From the human T2T-CHM13v2.0 reference genome, Homo sapiens: 64,000 nt of DNA. Below are positions 1-14,131 of the stretch, in pieces. The stretch is taken from NCBI RefSeq assembly GCF_009914755.1, contig NC_060938.1. The stretch is one strand, 5' to 3'. Below the pieces are notes generated by a model. That model saw nothing but the letters and a program-made list of their open reading frames with translations. It made no database searches and was not told the origin of the DNA. The translations under genes were made by a program, and so were the position numbers. How positions within the stretch are numbered: position 1 is the first letter of the stretch; every line of letters begins with the position of its first letter.

Positions 1-2157
1 TATACTGTCTAAAGTGGAAAAGAAAATATCTTCACATAAAAACTAGACAGAAGCATTCTGAGCAACTCCTTTGACATGTGTGCATTCACGTGACAGAGTT
101 GAAATTTTCTTATGATTGAGCAGTTTTGAAACATTCTTTTTGAGAATCTGCAAGTGGATATTGGGAGAAATTTGAGGCCTGTTTTGGAAAAGGAAATATC
201 TTCACATAAAAACTAGATAGAAGCATTCTGAGAAAATTCTTTGTGATGTGTCCATGCATGTCACAGATTTGGAGATTTTTCCATTGAGCAGTTTTGAAAT
301 ACTCTTTTTGTAGAATCTACAAGTGGACATTTTGGGAGCTTTGAGGCCTATGGTAGAAAAGGAAATATCTTCACATAAAACAAGACAGAAGAATTCTGAG
401 AAACTTTTTTGTAAGGTGAGCATTCATCTCACAGGGTTGAACCTTTCTTTTGATTGAGCAGTTTTAAACACTCTATTTGTAGAATCTGCAATTGGACATT
501 TGGAGTGCTTTGCGGCCTATGATAGTGAAAGAAATATCTTCACATAAAATCTAGAGAGAAGCAATCTGAGAAACTTCTTTTTGATTTGTGTATTCATCTC
601 ACAGTGTTAAACCTTTCCTGTGATTGAACAGTTTGAAACTCTCTTTTTTGTAGAATCTGATAGTGGACATTTGGAGCACTTTGAGGACAATGGTGGAAAA
701 GGAAATATCTTCACATCAAAACTAGACTGAAGATTTCTGAGAAACTTCATTGTGATGTGTGCGTTCATCACACAAAGGTGAACCTTTATTTTGAGTGAGC
801 AGTTTGGAAAAACTCTTTATGTAAAATCTGCAAGTAGATATTTGGAGCGCTTTGTGTCCTATGTTATAAAATGAAATACCATCACATAAAATCTCGACAG
901 AAGCAATCTGAGAAATTTCTTTGTGATGTGTGCATTCATATCAAAGAGTTAAACCTTTGTTTTGATTGAACAGTTTTGAAACTCTCTTTTTGTAGAACCT
1001 GCAATTGGACACTTTTAGCGCTTTAAGGCCTATGGTGGAATAGGAAACGTCTTCACATAAAAACTACACAGAAGAATTCTGAGAAATTTCTTTGTGATAC
1101 GTGCGTTCATCTTACAGAGTTTAACCTTTCTTTTGATTGAGCAGTTTGGAAACACTTTTTGTAGAATCTACAAGTGGACATTTGCAGCTCTTTGAGGGCT
1201 GTGGTAGAAAAGGAAGTATCTTCACATAAAATCTAGACAGAAGCAATCTGAGAAACTTATTTTTGATGTGTGCATTCATCTCACAGAATTAAAAATTTTC
1301 TTTTGATTGAGTAGTTTAGAATTCTCTTTTTGTAGAATCTGCAAGTGGACTTTTGGAGTGCTTTGAGGCCTATGGTGGAAAAGGAAATATCCTCACATAA
1401 AAACTAGACAGAAGAAATCTGAGAAACTTCATTGTGATGTCTGTGTTTATCTCACAGCGTTGAAAATTTCTTTTGATTGAGCAGTTTGAAAACTCTCTTT
1501 TTGTAGAATCTGCAAGTGGACATTTGAAGGGCTTTGCATCCTTTGGTACAAAAGGAAATATCTTCACACAAAATCTAGACAGAAGCAATCTGAGGAACTT
1601 CTTTTTGATGTGTGCATTCATCTCACAGAGTTAAAACTTTCTTTTGATTGAGTAGTTTAAAATTCTCTTTTTGTAGAATCTGCAAGTGGACTTTTGGAGC
1701 GCTTTGAGGCCTATGGTGGAAAAGGAAATATCCTCACATAAAAACTAGATAGAAGAATTCTGAGAAACTTCATTGTGATGTCTGTGTTTATCTCACAGAG
1801 TTGAAAATTTCTTTTGATTGAGCAGTTTGAAAACTCTCCTTTTGTAGAATCTGCAAGTGGACATTTGAAGGGCTTTGCATCCTTTGGTACAAAAGGAAAT
1901 ATCTTCACATAAAATCTAGACAGAAACAATCTGAGAAACTTTTATTGTGATTTGTGCATTCACTTCACAGAGTTAAAACTTTCTTTTGATTGAGCAGTTT
2001 GAAACTCTGTTTTTGTAGAATCTGCAAGTGGACATTTGGAGTGCTTTGCGGTCTATGGTGGAAAAGGAAATATCTTCACAGGAAAACTAGATAGAAGTAT
2101 TCTGAGAAACTTCTTTGTGATGTGTGCAGTCATATCTCAGAGTTGAACCTTTCTTTT
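1..2157 (+). repeat. Alpha satellite, divergent, family A (largely dimeric)
   Basis: ~171-bp tandem units with GTGGACATTTGG. Monomers mostly alternate AAATCTAGACAGAAGCAATCTGAG...GTTAAA and AAAACTAGACAGAAGAATTCTGAG...GTTGAA. '+' means the strand reading CATTCTGAGAAAC. Confidence 0.97.
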
Positions 2158-2161
2158 TTTT

Positions 2162-2361
2162 GCCTTTCATTTTGTATACTTTATTTATTTTTTAATTTTT
2201 AATTTTGGTGGGTATTTAGTAGGTATATATATTTATGGATACATGAGATGTTTTGATACAGGCATGCAGGGTGTAAAAATCACAGCATGGAAAATAGACT
2301 ATCCATTCCCTCAGGTATTTATTATCCTTTGTGTTACAAACATCCAATTATACTCTTCTAG
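2162..2361 (-). mobile_element. Old L1MA-type 3'UTR end fragment, probable SVA 3' transduction
   Basis: Resembles the L1MA 3' end (..GTAGGTATATATATTTATGG..TTTTGATACAGGCATGC..TGTGTTACAAACATCCAATTATACTC). It lies between the SVA tail (2362-2397) and a second T-run (2154-2161), inside the SVA TSD. Minus-strand AATAAA at 2180-2185. Confidence 0.8.
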
Positions 2362-4116
2362 TTTTTGTTTTTGTTGTTTTTTTTTCTTTTTTTTTTTATT
2401 GATCATTCTTGGGTGTTTCTCGCAGAGGGGGATTTGGCAGGGTCATAGGACAATAGTGGAGGGAAGGTCAGCAGATAAACAAGTGAACAAAGGTCTCTGG
2501 TTTTCCTAGGCAGAGGACCCTGAGACCTTCCACAGTGTTTGTGTCCCTGGGTACTTGAGATTAGGGAGTGGTGATGACTCTTAACGAGCATGCTGCCTTC
2601 AAGCATCTGTTTAACAAAGTACATCTTGCACTGCCCTTAATCCATTTAACCCTGAGTGGACACAGCACATGTTTCAGAGAGCACTGGGTTGGGGGTAAGG
2701 TCACAGATCAACAGCATCCCAGGGCAGAAGAATTTTTCTTAGTACAGAACAAAATGGAGTCTCCTATGTCTACTTCTTTCTACACAGACACAGCAACAAT
2801 CTGATTTCTCTATCTTTTCCCCACATTTCCCCCTTTTCTATTTGACAAACCACCATCGTCATCATGGCCTGTTCTCAATGAGCTGTTGGGTACACCTCCC
2901 AGACGGGGTGGGGGCCGGGCAGAGGCGCCCCCCACCTCCCGGATGGGGTGGCTGGCCGGGTGGGGGATGCCCCCCACCTCCCGGATGGGGTGGCTGGCCG
3001 GGCATGGGCTGCTCCCCACCTCCCTCCCTGCCGGGGTGGCTGGCCAGGCGGGGGCTGCCCCCCACCTTCCTCCCGGATGGGGCAGCTGGCCGGGTGGGGG
3101 CTGCCCCCCACCTTCCTCCCAGATGGGGCGGCTGGCTGGGCGGGGGCTGCCCCCCACCTTCCTCCCAGACAGGGTGGCTTGCCGGGTGGGGGTTGCCCCC
3201 CACCTCACTCCTGGACGGGGCGGCTGCCGGGCGGAGACACTCCTCACTTCCCAGATGGGGCAGCTGCCGGGCAGAGGGGCTCCTCACTTCTCAGACGGGG
3301 TGGCTGCTGGGTGGAGGGGCTCCTCACTTCTCAGACAGGGCGGCTGCCGGGCGGAGGGGCTCCTCACTTCTCAGACGGGGCAGCCGGGCAGAGACGCTCC
3401 TCACCTCCCAGACGGGGTCGTGGCTGGGCAGAGGCACTCCTCACATCCCAGATGGGGTGGCGGGGCAGAGGCGCTCCCCACATCTCAGACGATGGGTGTC
3501 TGTGCAGAGACGCTCCTCACTTCCTAGACGGGATGGCAACTGGGAAGAGGCGCTCTTCACTTCCCAGACTGGGCAGCCAGGCTGAGGGGCTCCACACATC
3601 CCAGACGATGGGCGGCCAGGCAGAGATGCTCCTCACTTCCCAGATGGGGTGGCGGCTGGGCAGAGACTGCAATCTCGGCACTTTGGGAGGCCAAGGCTGG
3701 TGGCTGGGAGGTGGAGGTTGTAGCGAGCCGAGATCATGCCACTGCACTCCAGCCTGGGCAACATTGAGCACTGAGTGAAGGAGACTCCATCTGCAATCCC
3801 AGCACCTCGGGAGGCCAAGGCTGGCAGATCACTCGCGGTTAGGAGCTGGAGACCAGCCCAGCCAACACAGCGAAACCCCGTCTCCACCAAAAAAATACAA
3901 AAACCAGTCAGACGTGGTGGCGCACGCCTGCAATTGCAGGCACTCAGCAGGCTGAGACAGGAGAATCAGGCAGGGAGGTTGCAGTGAGCAGAGATGGCAG
4001 CAGTACAGTCCAGCTTCGGCTCGACATCAGAGGGAGACAGTGGAAAGAGAGGGAGAGGGAGACCATGGGGAGAGGGAGAGGGAGACCGTGAGGAGAGGGA
4101 GAGGGAGAGGGAGAGC
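2362..4116 (-). mobile_element. Full-length SVA retrotransposon, older subfamily (SVA_A-C-like)
   Basis: Tail 2362-2397, SINE-R ~2398-2890, GC-rich VNTR ~2895-3660, Alu-like domain ~3660-4040, CCCTCT hexamers ~4045-4115. TSD TGAACCTTTCTTTT (2144-2157) vs TGAATCTTTCTTTT (4117-4130). Many decayed CpGs; SINE-R reads AAAATGGAGTCTCCTATG. Confidence 0.96.
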
Positions 4117-5650
4117 TGAATCTTTCTTTTGAAGGACGAGTTTTGAAATACTCTTTTTGAAGAATCTGCAATTGGACGTTTTGAGATCCTTGAGGCATGT
4201 GGTGGAAAAGGAAATATCTTCACATAAAAACTAGGCAGAAAACTTCTGAGAAACTTCTTTGTGATTTGTGCATTCATCTCACGGAGGTAAACGTTTCTTT
4301 TGATTGAGCAGTTTGGAAACACTCTTTTTGTAGAATCTACAAGTGGACATTTGGAGCGCTTTGCGGCCTATGGTAGAAAAGGAAATATCTTCACATAAAA
4401 TCTAGACAGTAGCAATCTGAGGAACCCCTTTGTTATGTGTGCATTCATCTCCCGGAGATAAACCTTTCTTTTGATTGAGCAGTTTTGAAACTCTTTTCGT
4501 AAAATCTGCAAGTGGACATTTTGAGCACTTTGAGGCCAAAGGTGGAAAAGGAAATATCTTCACCTAAAAACTAGAGAAAAGAATTTTGAGAAACTTGTTT
4601 GTAATGGGTGGGTTCAACTCACGGCATTGAACCTTCCTTTTGATTGGGCAGTTTTGAAAATCTTTTTTTGTAGAATCTGCAAGTGGACATTTGGAGTGCT
4701 TTGCGGCCAATGGTAGGAAGGAAATATCTTCATATAAAATCTAGACAGAAGCAATCTGAGAAATTTCTTTCTGATGTGTTCCTTCTTCTCACAGAGTTAA
4801 AGCTTTTTTTTTTTTAATGAGCAGTATTGAAACTCTCTTTTTGTAGTATCTGCAAGTGGACATTTGGAGCTTTTTGAGGCCTATTTTGGAAAAGGTAATA
4901 TCTTCACATAAAAACTAGACAGAAGAATTCTGACAAAGTTCTTGGCGATGTGTGCGTTCATCTCACAGAGTTCAACCTTTCTTTTGATTGAGCAGTTTGG
5001 AAACAGTCTTTTTGTAGAATTTGCAAGTGGAGATTTGGAGCTCTTTGCGGCCTATGGTAGAAAAGGAAATAACTTCACATAAAATCTAGATAGAAGCAAT
5101 CTGAGAAACTTCTTTGTGAGGTGTTCATTTATCTCACATAATTAAACCTTTCTTTGGATTGAGCAGTTTGAAACTCTCTTTTTGTAGAATCTGTAATTGG
5201 ACATTTGGAGCACTTTGAAGTCTATGGTGAAAAAGGAAATATCTTCACATGAAAACCAGGTAGAAGCATTCTGAGAAACTTTTTTGTGATGTTTGCATTC
5301 ATATCTCAGAGTTGAAGGTTTCTTTTGAATGACCAGTTTTGAAATCCTCTTTTTGAAGTATCTGCAAGTTGACATTTCGAGCACCTTGAGGCGTATGGTG
5401 GAAAAGGAAATATCTTCACATAAAATCTAGACAGAAGCAATCTGAGAAACTTCCTTGTGATGTGTTCATTTATCTCACAGTGTGAAACATTTCTTTTGAT
5501 TGAGCAGTTTTGAAAATCTCTTTTTGTGGGATCTGCAAGTGGACATTTGAAGCTCTTTGAAGCCTATGGTGGAAAAGGAGATATCTTCACATAAATACCA
5601 GATAGAAGCATTCTGAGAAACTTCTTTGAGATGTGTGCATTCATCTCCCA
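4117..5650 (+). repeat. Alpha satellite family A, continued
   Basis: Same GTGGACATTT / CTAGACAGAAG(C/A)A diagnostics. The right boundary is approximate, where monomers switch to CTACACAG / GGATATTT. Confidence 0.93.
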
Positions 5651-8600
5651 GTGTTGAACATTTCTTTTGATTGGATAGTTTTGAAAAGCTCTTTTTGTAG
5701 AATATGTAAGAGGATATTTGGAGAGCTTAGAAGTCAATGGTTGAAATGGAAATAACTTCACATAATAACTACACAGAAGCATTCTGAGGAACTTGTTTGG
5801 GATTTGTGTATTCATCTCACATAGTTGAACCTATCTTTTGATAGAGCAGTTTGGAAACTCTCTTTTTGTGGTATCTGCAACTGGATAATTGGAGCCCTTT
5901 GCAGCCAATGTTGGAAAAGGAAACATCCTCACATAAAAACTACACAGAAGTATTCTGAGGAACTTCTTTGTGATGTGTGCATTCATCTCACAGAGGTGAA
6001 TATTTCATTTGATTGAGCAGTTTTCAAACACTCTTTTTGTAGAATCTGCAAGTGTATAATTGGAGTGCTTTGAGGCCTATTGTTGAAAAGGAAATATCTT
6101 CACATAAAAAGTACACAGAAGCATTCTCAGAAACTTATTTTTGATGTGAGCATTCATCTCACAGTATTGAAACTTTCATTATATTGAGCAGTTTGGAAAC
6201 ATTCTTTTAATAGAATCTGCAAGTGGATATTTGGAGCCCTTGGAGGCCTATTGGGGAAAAGGAAATATCTTCTCATAAAAACTACACAGAAGCATTCTGA
6301 GAAACTGCTTTCTCATATGTGCATTCAAACCACATAGTTGAACCTATCTTTTGATAGAGCAGTTTTGAAACTCTCTTTTTGTAGAATCTGCAAGGGGATA
6401 TTTGGAGCTCTTTGTGGCCTATTGTGGAAAAGGAAATAACTTCACAGAAAAACTACACAGAAGCATTCTCAAAAACCTCTTTGTTTTGTGTGCATTCATC
6501 TCTCAGAGTTGAACTTTTCTTTTGATAGAGCAGTTCTGAAAATCTTTTTGTAGGATCTGCAAGTGGATAATTGGAGAGCTTTGAGGCCTATGGTGGAAAT
6601 TGAAATATCTTCACATAAAAAATACACAGAAGCATTCTGAGAAATTTGTTTGGGATGTGTGCATTTATCACACAGAGTTGAACCTATCTTTTGATAGAGC
6701 AGTTTTGAAACTCTCTTTTTGTAGAATCTGCAAGGGGATATTTGGAGCCCTTTGAGGCCTATGGTGGAAAAGGAAATATCTTTATATAAAAACTACACAG
6801 AAGCATTCTGAGAAACTTCTTTGGGAAGTGTGCATTCTTCTCACAGAGGTGAAACTTTCATTTGATTGAGCAGTTTTCAAACACTCTTTTTGTGGGATCT
6901 GCAAGGGTATAATTGGAGTGCTGTGAGGCCTATTGTGGAAAAGGAAACATCTTCACATAAAAACTGCACAGAAGCATTATCAGAAACTTCTTTGAGATGT
7001 GTGCATTCATCTCACAGTGTTGAAAATTTCTTTTGATTGAGCAGTTTGGAAACAATCTTTTTGTAGAATCTGCAAGTGGATATTTGGAGCCCTTGGAGGC
7101 CTAATGTGGAAAAGGAAATATCTTCACATAAAAACTACATAGAAGCATTCTGAGAAACTTCTTTATGATGTGTGAATTCGTCTCACAGAGTTGAAACTTC
7201 CTTTTGATTGAGTAATTTTGAATCTCTTTTTTTGTAGAATCTGCAAGTGCATATTTAGAGGACTTGGAGGCATATGGTGGAAAAGGTAATATCTTCACAA
7301 AAAAATAAGCAGAAGCATTCTGAGAAACTTCTTTGTGATGTGTGTATTCATCTCACAGAGTTGAACCTATCTTTTGATACGGCAGTTTTGAAACTCTCTT
7401 TTTGTAGAACCTGCAAGGGGATATTTGGAGCCCTTATGACCCATGGTGGAAAAAGAAATATCTTAACATAAAAACTGCATGGAAGCATTCTGAGAAACTT
7501 CCTTGTGATGTGTGTTTTCATCTCACAAAGTTGAACCTTTCTTTTGAGCAGATTGGAAACACTCTTTTCGTAGAATCTGCACGTGGATATTTGGAGGGCA
7601 TTTTGGCCATTGGTGGAAAAGGAAATATCTTCACATAAAAACTACACAGAATTACTCTGATAAACTGCTTTTGATGTGTGCATTCAAGTCACAGAGTTGA
7701 ACCTATCTTTTGTTAGAGGAGTTTTGAAACTGTCTTTTTTTGGAATCTTCATGTGTATATTTGGAGCCCTTTGAGGCCTATGGTGGAAAAGGAAATATCT
7801 TCTCATAAAAAGTACACAGAAGCATTCTGAGAAACTTCTTTGTCATGTGTGCATTTAGCTCACATATTTGAACCTTTCATTTGATTGAGGAGTTTTGAAA
7901 CACTCTTTTTGTAGAATCTGCAAGTGGATATTTGCAGAGCTTTGGGGCCTTTGTAGAAAAGGAAATATATTCACATAAAAATTAACAGAAGCATTCTCAG
8001 AAACTTCTCTGTGATGTGTGCATTCATCTCACAGAGTTGAACCTTTCTTTTAGTTGAGTAGTTTTGAAACACTCTTTTTGTAGAATCTGCAAGTGGATAT
8101 TTGGTGCGCTTAGAGGCCTATGGTGGAAAAGGAAATAGCTTCACATAAAAACAACATGGAAGCATTCTGAGAAACTTCGTTGTGATGTGTGTATTCATCT
8201 CATAGAGTGGAACCTTTCTTTTGATTGAGTAGTTTTGAAACTTTCTTTGTGTAAATTCTGCATGTGGTTATTTGGAGCCCTTTGTGGCCAATGGACGAAA
8301 AGGAAATATGTACCCCTAAAAACTACACAGAAGCATTCTGAGAAACTTCTTTGTAATGTATGCATTCATCTCATGGTGTTAAAGTTTCTATTGTTTGAGC
8401 AGTTTTGAGACACTCTACACAGAGGGATTCTGAGAAACTTCTTTGTGATGTGTGCATTCAACTTGCAAAGTTGAACTTATCTTTTGATATAGCAGTTTTG
8501 AAACAGTCTTTTTGTAGAATCTGTGTGTGATTATTTGGAGCCCTTTGTGGCCAATGGTGGAAAAGGAAATGTCTTTCTCTAAAAACTACACAGAAACATT

Positions 8601-11600
8601 CTGAGAAACTTCTTTGTGATGTGTATATTCAGCTCACAGAGTTGAACCTTTCATTTGATTGAGTAGTTTTGAAACACTCTTTTTGTAGCATCTGCAATTG
8701 GACATTTGGAGTGCTTTGTCACCTAATGTGGAAAAGGTAATATCTTCACATACAAACTACACAGAAGCATTCTGAGACACTTCTTTGTTTTGTGTGCATT
8801 CATCTGACAGAGTTGAACCTATCTTTTTTTTGAGCAGTTTTGAAACTCTCTTTTTGTAGAATCTGCAAGTGGATATTTGGAGCTCTTTGTGGTCTATGGT
8901 GGAAAAGGATATATCTTCACACAAAAACTACACAGATGCATTTTGAGAAACTTTGTTGTGATTTGTGCATTCATCTCACAGAGTTGAACCTTTCTTCTGA
9001 TTGAGCAGTTTGGAAAAACTCTTTTCATAGAATCTTCAAGTGGATATTTGGAGCACTTTGAAGTCCATTGTAGAAAAGGAAATATCTTAACATAAAAACT
9101 ACAGAAAAGCATTCTGAGAAACTTCTTTGTGATGTGTGCATTCAACTCACAGAGTTGAATATGTCTTTTGATAGAGCAGTTTTGAAACTGTCTTTATGTA
9201 AAATGTGCAAGTGGATATTTGGAGCCCTTTTTGGCCAATGGTGGAAAAGGAAATATCCTTCCCTAAAACTACACAGAAGCATGCTTAGAAACTTTTTGTG
9301 ATGTGTGCACTCATCTCACACAGTTGAACCATTCTTTTGATTGAGCAGTTTGGAAAAATTCTTTCAGTAGAAATGCAAGTGAATATTTGGAGCCCTTGGA
9401 GCCGTATTGTATAAAAGTAAATACATTCACTTAAAAACTACAAGAATCATTCTGAGAAACTTCTTTGTGATGTGTGCATTTCCTCACAGAGTTGATACTT
9501 TCTTTTGATTGAGCAGTTTTAAAACATTCTTTTTGTAGAATCTGGAAGTGTATAGTTGGTGCACTTAGAGGCCTATGGTGGAAAAGGAAATATCTTCACA
9601 TAAAAACAACACAGAAGCATTCTGAGAAACTTCGTGTGATGTGTGCATTCATCTCACAGAGTTGAATCTTTCTTTTGATTGAGCAGTTTTGGCACTTTCT
9701 TTTTGTAAAATCTGCATGTGGTTGTTTGGAACCCTTTGTGGCCAATGGAGGAAAAGGAAATATGATCCCCTAAAAACTACACAGAAGTATTCTGGGAAAA
9801 TTCTTTGTAATGTGTGCATTCATCTCAGAGTGTTAAATTTTGTATTGTTTGAACAGATTTGAGACACTTTTTTCACAGAATCTGCAAGTGGATATATGGA
9901 GTGCTTTGAGGCCTATGGTGGAAAGGGATATATCTTCACATAAAAACTACACAGAAGGATTCCGAGAAATTTCTTTGTGATGTGTGCATTCAACTCGCAG
10001 CATTGTACCGATCTTTTGATATAGCAGTTTTGAAACAGTCTTTTTGTAGAATCTGTGTGTGATTATTTGGAGCCCATTGTGGCCAGTGGTGGAAAAAGAA
10101 ATATCTTCCTCTAAAAACTACACAGAAACATTCTGAGAAACTTCCTTGTGATGTGTACATTCAGCTCACAGAGTTGAACCTTTCATTTGATTGAGTAGTT
10201 TTGAAACACTCTTTTTGTAGAGTCTGCAATTGGAAATTTGGAGTGCTTTGTCGCCTAATGTGGAAAAGGTAACATCTTCACATACAAACTACACAGAAGG
10301 ATTCTGAGACACTTCTTTGTTTTGTGTGCATTTGTGTCACAGGGTTGATCCTTTCTTTAGACTTGAGCAGTATTGAAACACTCTTTTTGTAGAATCTGCA
10401 AGTGGTATTTGAGCACGTTGAGGCCTATGGTGGAAAATGAGATATCTTCACGTAAAAACTACAGAGAAGCATTCTGAGAAACTTGTTTCTGAGGTGTGCA
10501 TTCATCTCACAGAGTTGAACATATATTTTGATAGAGCAGTTTTGAAACTCTCTTTTTGTAGAATCTGCAAGGGGATATTTAGAGACCTTTGCGGCCTATG
10601 TTGGGAAGGGAAATATCTTCACATAAGAACTGCACAGAAGCATTGTGAGAAACTTCTTTGTGATGTGCTCATTCATCTCACAGAGTTGAAACTTTCTTTT
10701 GATTGAGGAGTTATGAAACACTCTTTTTGAAGAATCTGCAAGTGGAAATTTGGAGCACATTGAGGCCTATGGTGGAAAATGAAACATCTTTACATAAAAA
10801 CTACACAGAAGCATTCTGAGAAACTTCTTTGTGATGTGTGCATTCAGCTCACGTAGTTGAACCTATCTTTTGACAGAGCAGTATTGAAACTCTCATTTTG
10901 CAGAATCTGCAAGTGGATATTTGGAGCCCTTTGTGGCCTGTGGTGTAGAAGGAAATATATTAACATAAAAAAGGAACAGAAGCATTCTGAGAAACTTCTT
11001 TGAGATGTGTGCATTCAGCTCACAGAGTTGAACCTATTTTTTGATAGAGAAGTTTTGAAACTCTCTTTTGGTAGAGTCTGCAAGTGGATATTTGGAGCCA
11101 TTTGCTCCTATGATGGAAAAGGAAATATCTTCACACAAAAACTACACAGAAGGATTCTGAGCAACTTCGTTGTGATATGTGTATTCATCTCAAAAATTTG
11201 AACGTTTCTTTTGATTGAGCACTTTTGAAACACTCTTTGGGTAGAATCTGCAATGGGATATTTGGAGCACTGTGAGGCCTATGGTGGAAAAGGAAATATC
11301 TTCACATAAAAACAACACAGAAGCTTTCTGAGAAACTTCTTTGTGATGTGTGCATTCAACTCACAGAGTTCAACCTATCTTTTTATAGAGCCGTTTTGGA
11401 ACTCTCTTTGTGTAGAATCTGTAAGTGGATATTTGGAGCCCTTTGATGCCTATGTTGGAAAAGGAAATATCTTCACATAAAAACTACACTGAAGCAATCT
11501 GAGAAACTTCTTTGTGATGTGAGCATTCAACTCAAAGAGTTGAACCTATCTTTTGTTAGAGCAGTTTGGAAACCTTCTTTTTGTAGAATCTGCAAGCGGA

Positions 11601-14131
11601 TATTAGGAGCCCTTTGCAGAGTATAGAGAAAAAGGAAATATCTTAACAAAAAAACTACACAGGAACATTCTGAGAAACTTCTTTGTCATGTGTGCATTCA
11701 ACACACAAAGTTGAAAATATCTTTTGATAGGGCAGTTTTGAAACTCTCTTTGTACAATCTGCAAGTGGATATTTGGAGCCCTTTAGGGCCTTTGGAGGAA
11801 ATGGCAATATCTTCACATAAAAAGCACACAGAAGCATTCAGAGAAACTTCTTTTATTGTGTGCATTCATCTCACAGAGGTGAAACTCTTTTTGATTGAGC
11901 AGCTTGGAAACACTCTTTTTGTAGAATCTGCAAGTAGATATATGAAGCACTTTGAGGTCTATTGTGGAAAAGGAAATATCTTCACAGAAAAACTACACAG
12001 AAGCATTCTGTGAAAATTCTTTGTGATGTGTGCATTCATCGCACAGAGTTGCACCTTTCATTTCATTGAGCATTTTTGAAAATCTTTTTGTAGTATCTGC
12101 AAGTGGATACAAGGAGCGCATTGAGGCCTATGGTGGAAAAGGAAATATCTTCATATAAAAACTTCACAGAAGCATGCTGACAAACTTCTTTGTGAAGTGT
12201 GCATTCATCTCACAGAGTTGAAACTTTCATTCCATAGAGCCGTTTTGAAACACTCTTTTTGTAGACTCTGCAAGTGGATATTTTGAGCGCTTTGAGGTCT
12301 ATGGTGGAAAGGAAATATCTTCATATAAACACTACACAGAAACATTCTGAGAAACTTCTTTGTGATGTGTGCATTCGACTCATAGTGTTGAACCTATCTT
12401 TTTATATAGCAGTTTTGAAACTCTTTTTGTAGAATCTGCAAGAGGATATTTGTAGCCCTTTTCTGCCTATGGTGGAAAAGGAAATATCTTCTCATAAACA
12501 CTACACAGAAGCATTCTGAGAAACTTCTGTCTAATGTGTGCATTCAGCTCACAGAGTTGAACCTATCTTTTCATAGAGCAGTTTTGAAACTCTCTTTTTG
12601 TAGAATCTGTAAGTGGATGTTTGGAGCCCTTTGCGGCCTATTGTTGAATAGGAAATATCTTCACATAAAAACTACACAGAAGCATTCTGAGAAACTTCTT
12701 TGTGATGTGTGCATTCAACTCACAGAGTTGAATCTTTCAGTTGATTGAGCAGTTTTGAAACACTCTTTTTGTAGAATCTGCAATTGGATATTTGGAGTGC
12801 TTTGAGGCCTATTGTGGAAAAGGGAATACTTTCACATAAAAGCTACACAGAAGCTTTCTCAGAAAGTTCTTTGTTTTGAGTGCAGTCATCTCACAGAGTT
12901 GAAATTTCTTTTCATTGAGCAGTTTTGAAACACTCTTTTTGTATAATCTGCACGTGGATATTTGGAGCCCGTTTTGCCTTGTGGTGGAAAAGGAAATATC
13001 TTCACATAAAAACTACACAGAAGGATTCTGAGAAAATACTTTGTGATGTGTGCATTCATATCACAGAGTTGAAATTGTCTTTTGATAGAGCAGTGTTGAA
13101 ATTCTCTTTTTGTACAAACTGCAAATGGATATTTGGAGTCCTTTGTTGCCTGCTGTGGAAAAGGAAATACATTCTCTTAAAAGCTGCAGAGAAGCATTCC
13201 GAGAACCTTCTTTGTGATGTGTGCATTGATTTCACAGAGTTGAAGCTTTCTTTTGATTGAGCAGTTTTGAAACACTGTTTTCGTAGAGTCTGCAAGTGGA
13301 TATTTAGAGCGTTTTGAGGCCTATGGTGGAAAAGGACATATCTTCACATAGAAACTACCCAGAAGCATTCTGTGAAACTTCTTTGTGATGTTTGCATTCA
13401 ACTCGCAGAGTTGAACCTATCTTTTGATAGAGCAGTTTGGAAACTCTCTTTTTGTAGAATCTGCATGTGGTTATTTTGAGACATTTGTAGCCGATGGTGG
13501 AAAAGGAAATATCTTTCCCCCAAAATTACAGAGAAGCATTCTGAGAAACTTCTTTGTTATGTGTGCATTCATCTCACAGAGCTGAACTTGTCATTTGATT
13601 GGGCAATTTTGAAACACTCTTTTTGTAAAATCTGCAAGTGGATATTTGGAGCACTTTGAGACCTATTGTGGAAATGGAAATATCTTCATATAAAAACTAC
13701 ACAGAAGCCTTCTCAGAAACTACTTTGTGATGTGTGCATTCATCTCACAGTGTTGAACCTTTCTTTTGATTTAGCAGTTTGGAAACACTGTTTTAGTAGA
13801 ATCTGCAGCTGGATATTTGGAGCCCTCAGAGCCATACTGTGGAAAAGGAAATATCTTCACATAACAACTACACAGAAGAATTCTGAGAAACTTCTTTGTG
13901 ATGTGAACATTCATCTCACAGAGTTCAACTTTTCTTTTGATTGAGCATTTTGAAACTCTCTTTTTGTAGAATCTGCAAGTGGATAATTGGAGTGCTTTGA
14001 GGCCTATGATGGAAAAGTAAATATCTTCTCATAAAAACTACACAGAAGCATTATGAGAAACTTCTTTGTGATGTGTGCATTCATCTCACAGAGTTGAACC
14101 TATCTTGTGATAGAGCAGTTTTGAAACTTTC
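5651..14131 (+). repeat. Alpha satellite family B, monomeric (SF4/SF6-like)
   Basis: AAAACTACACAGAAGCATTCTGAG, GTGGATATTTGGAG and A-type box CTATGGTGGAAAAGGAAAT. Neighbouring monomers are divergent. Confidence 0.96.

Noticed and set aside
2810-3890. Pro/Gly-rich ORFs up to 276 aa
   Set aside because: Overlapping ORFs on both strands of the GC-rich SVA VNTR.
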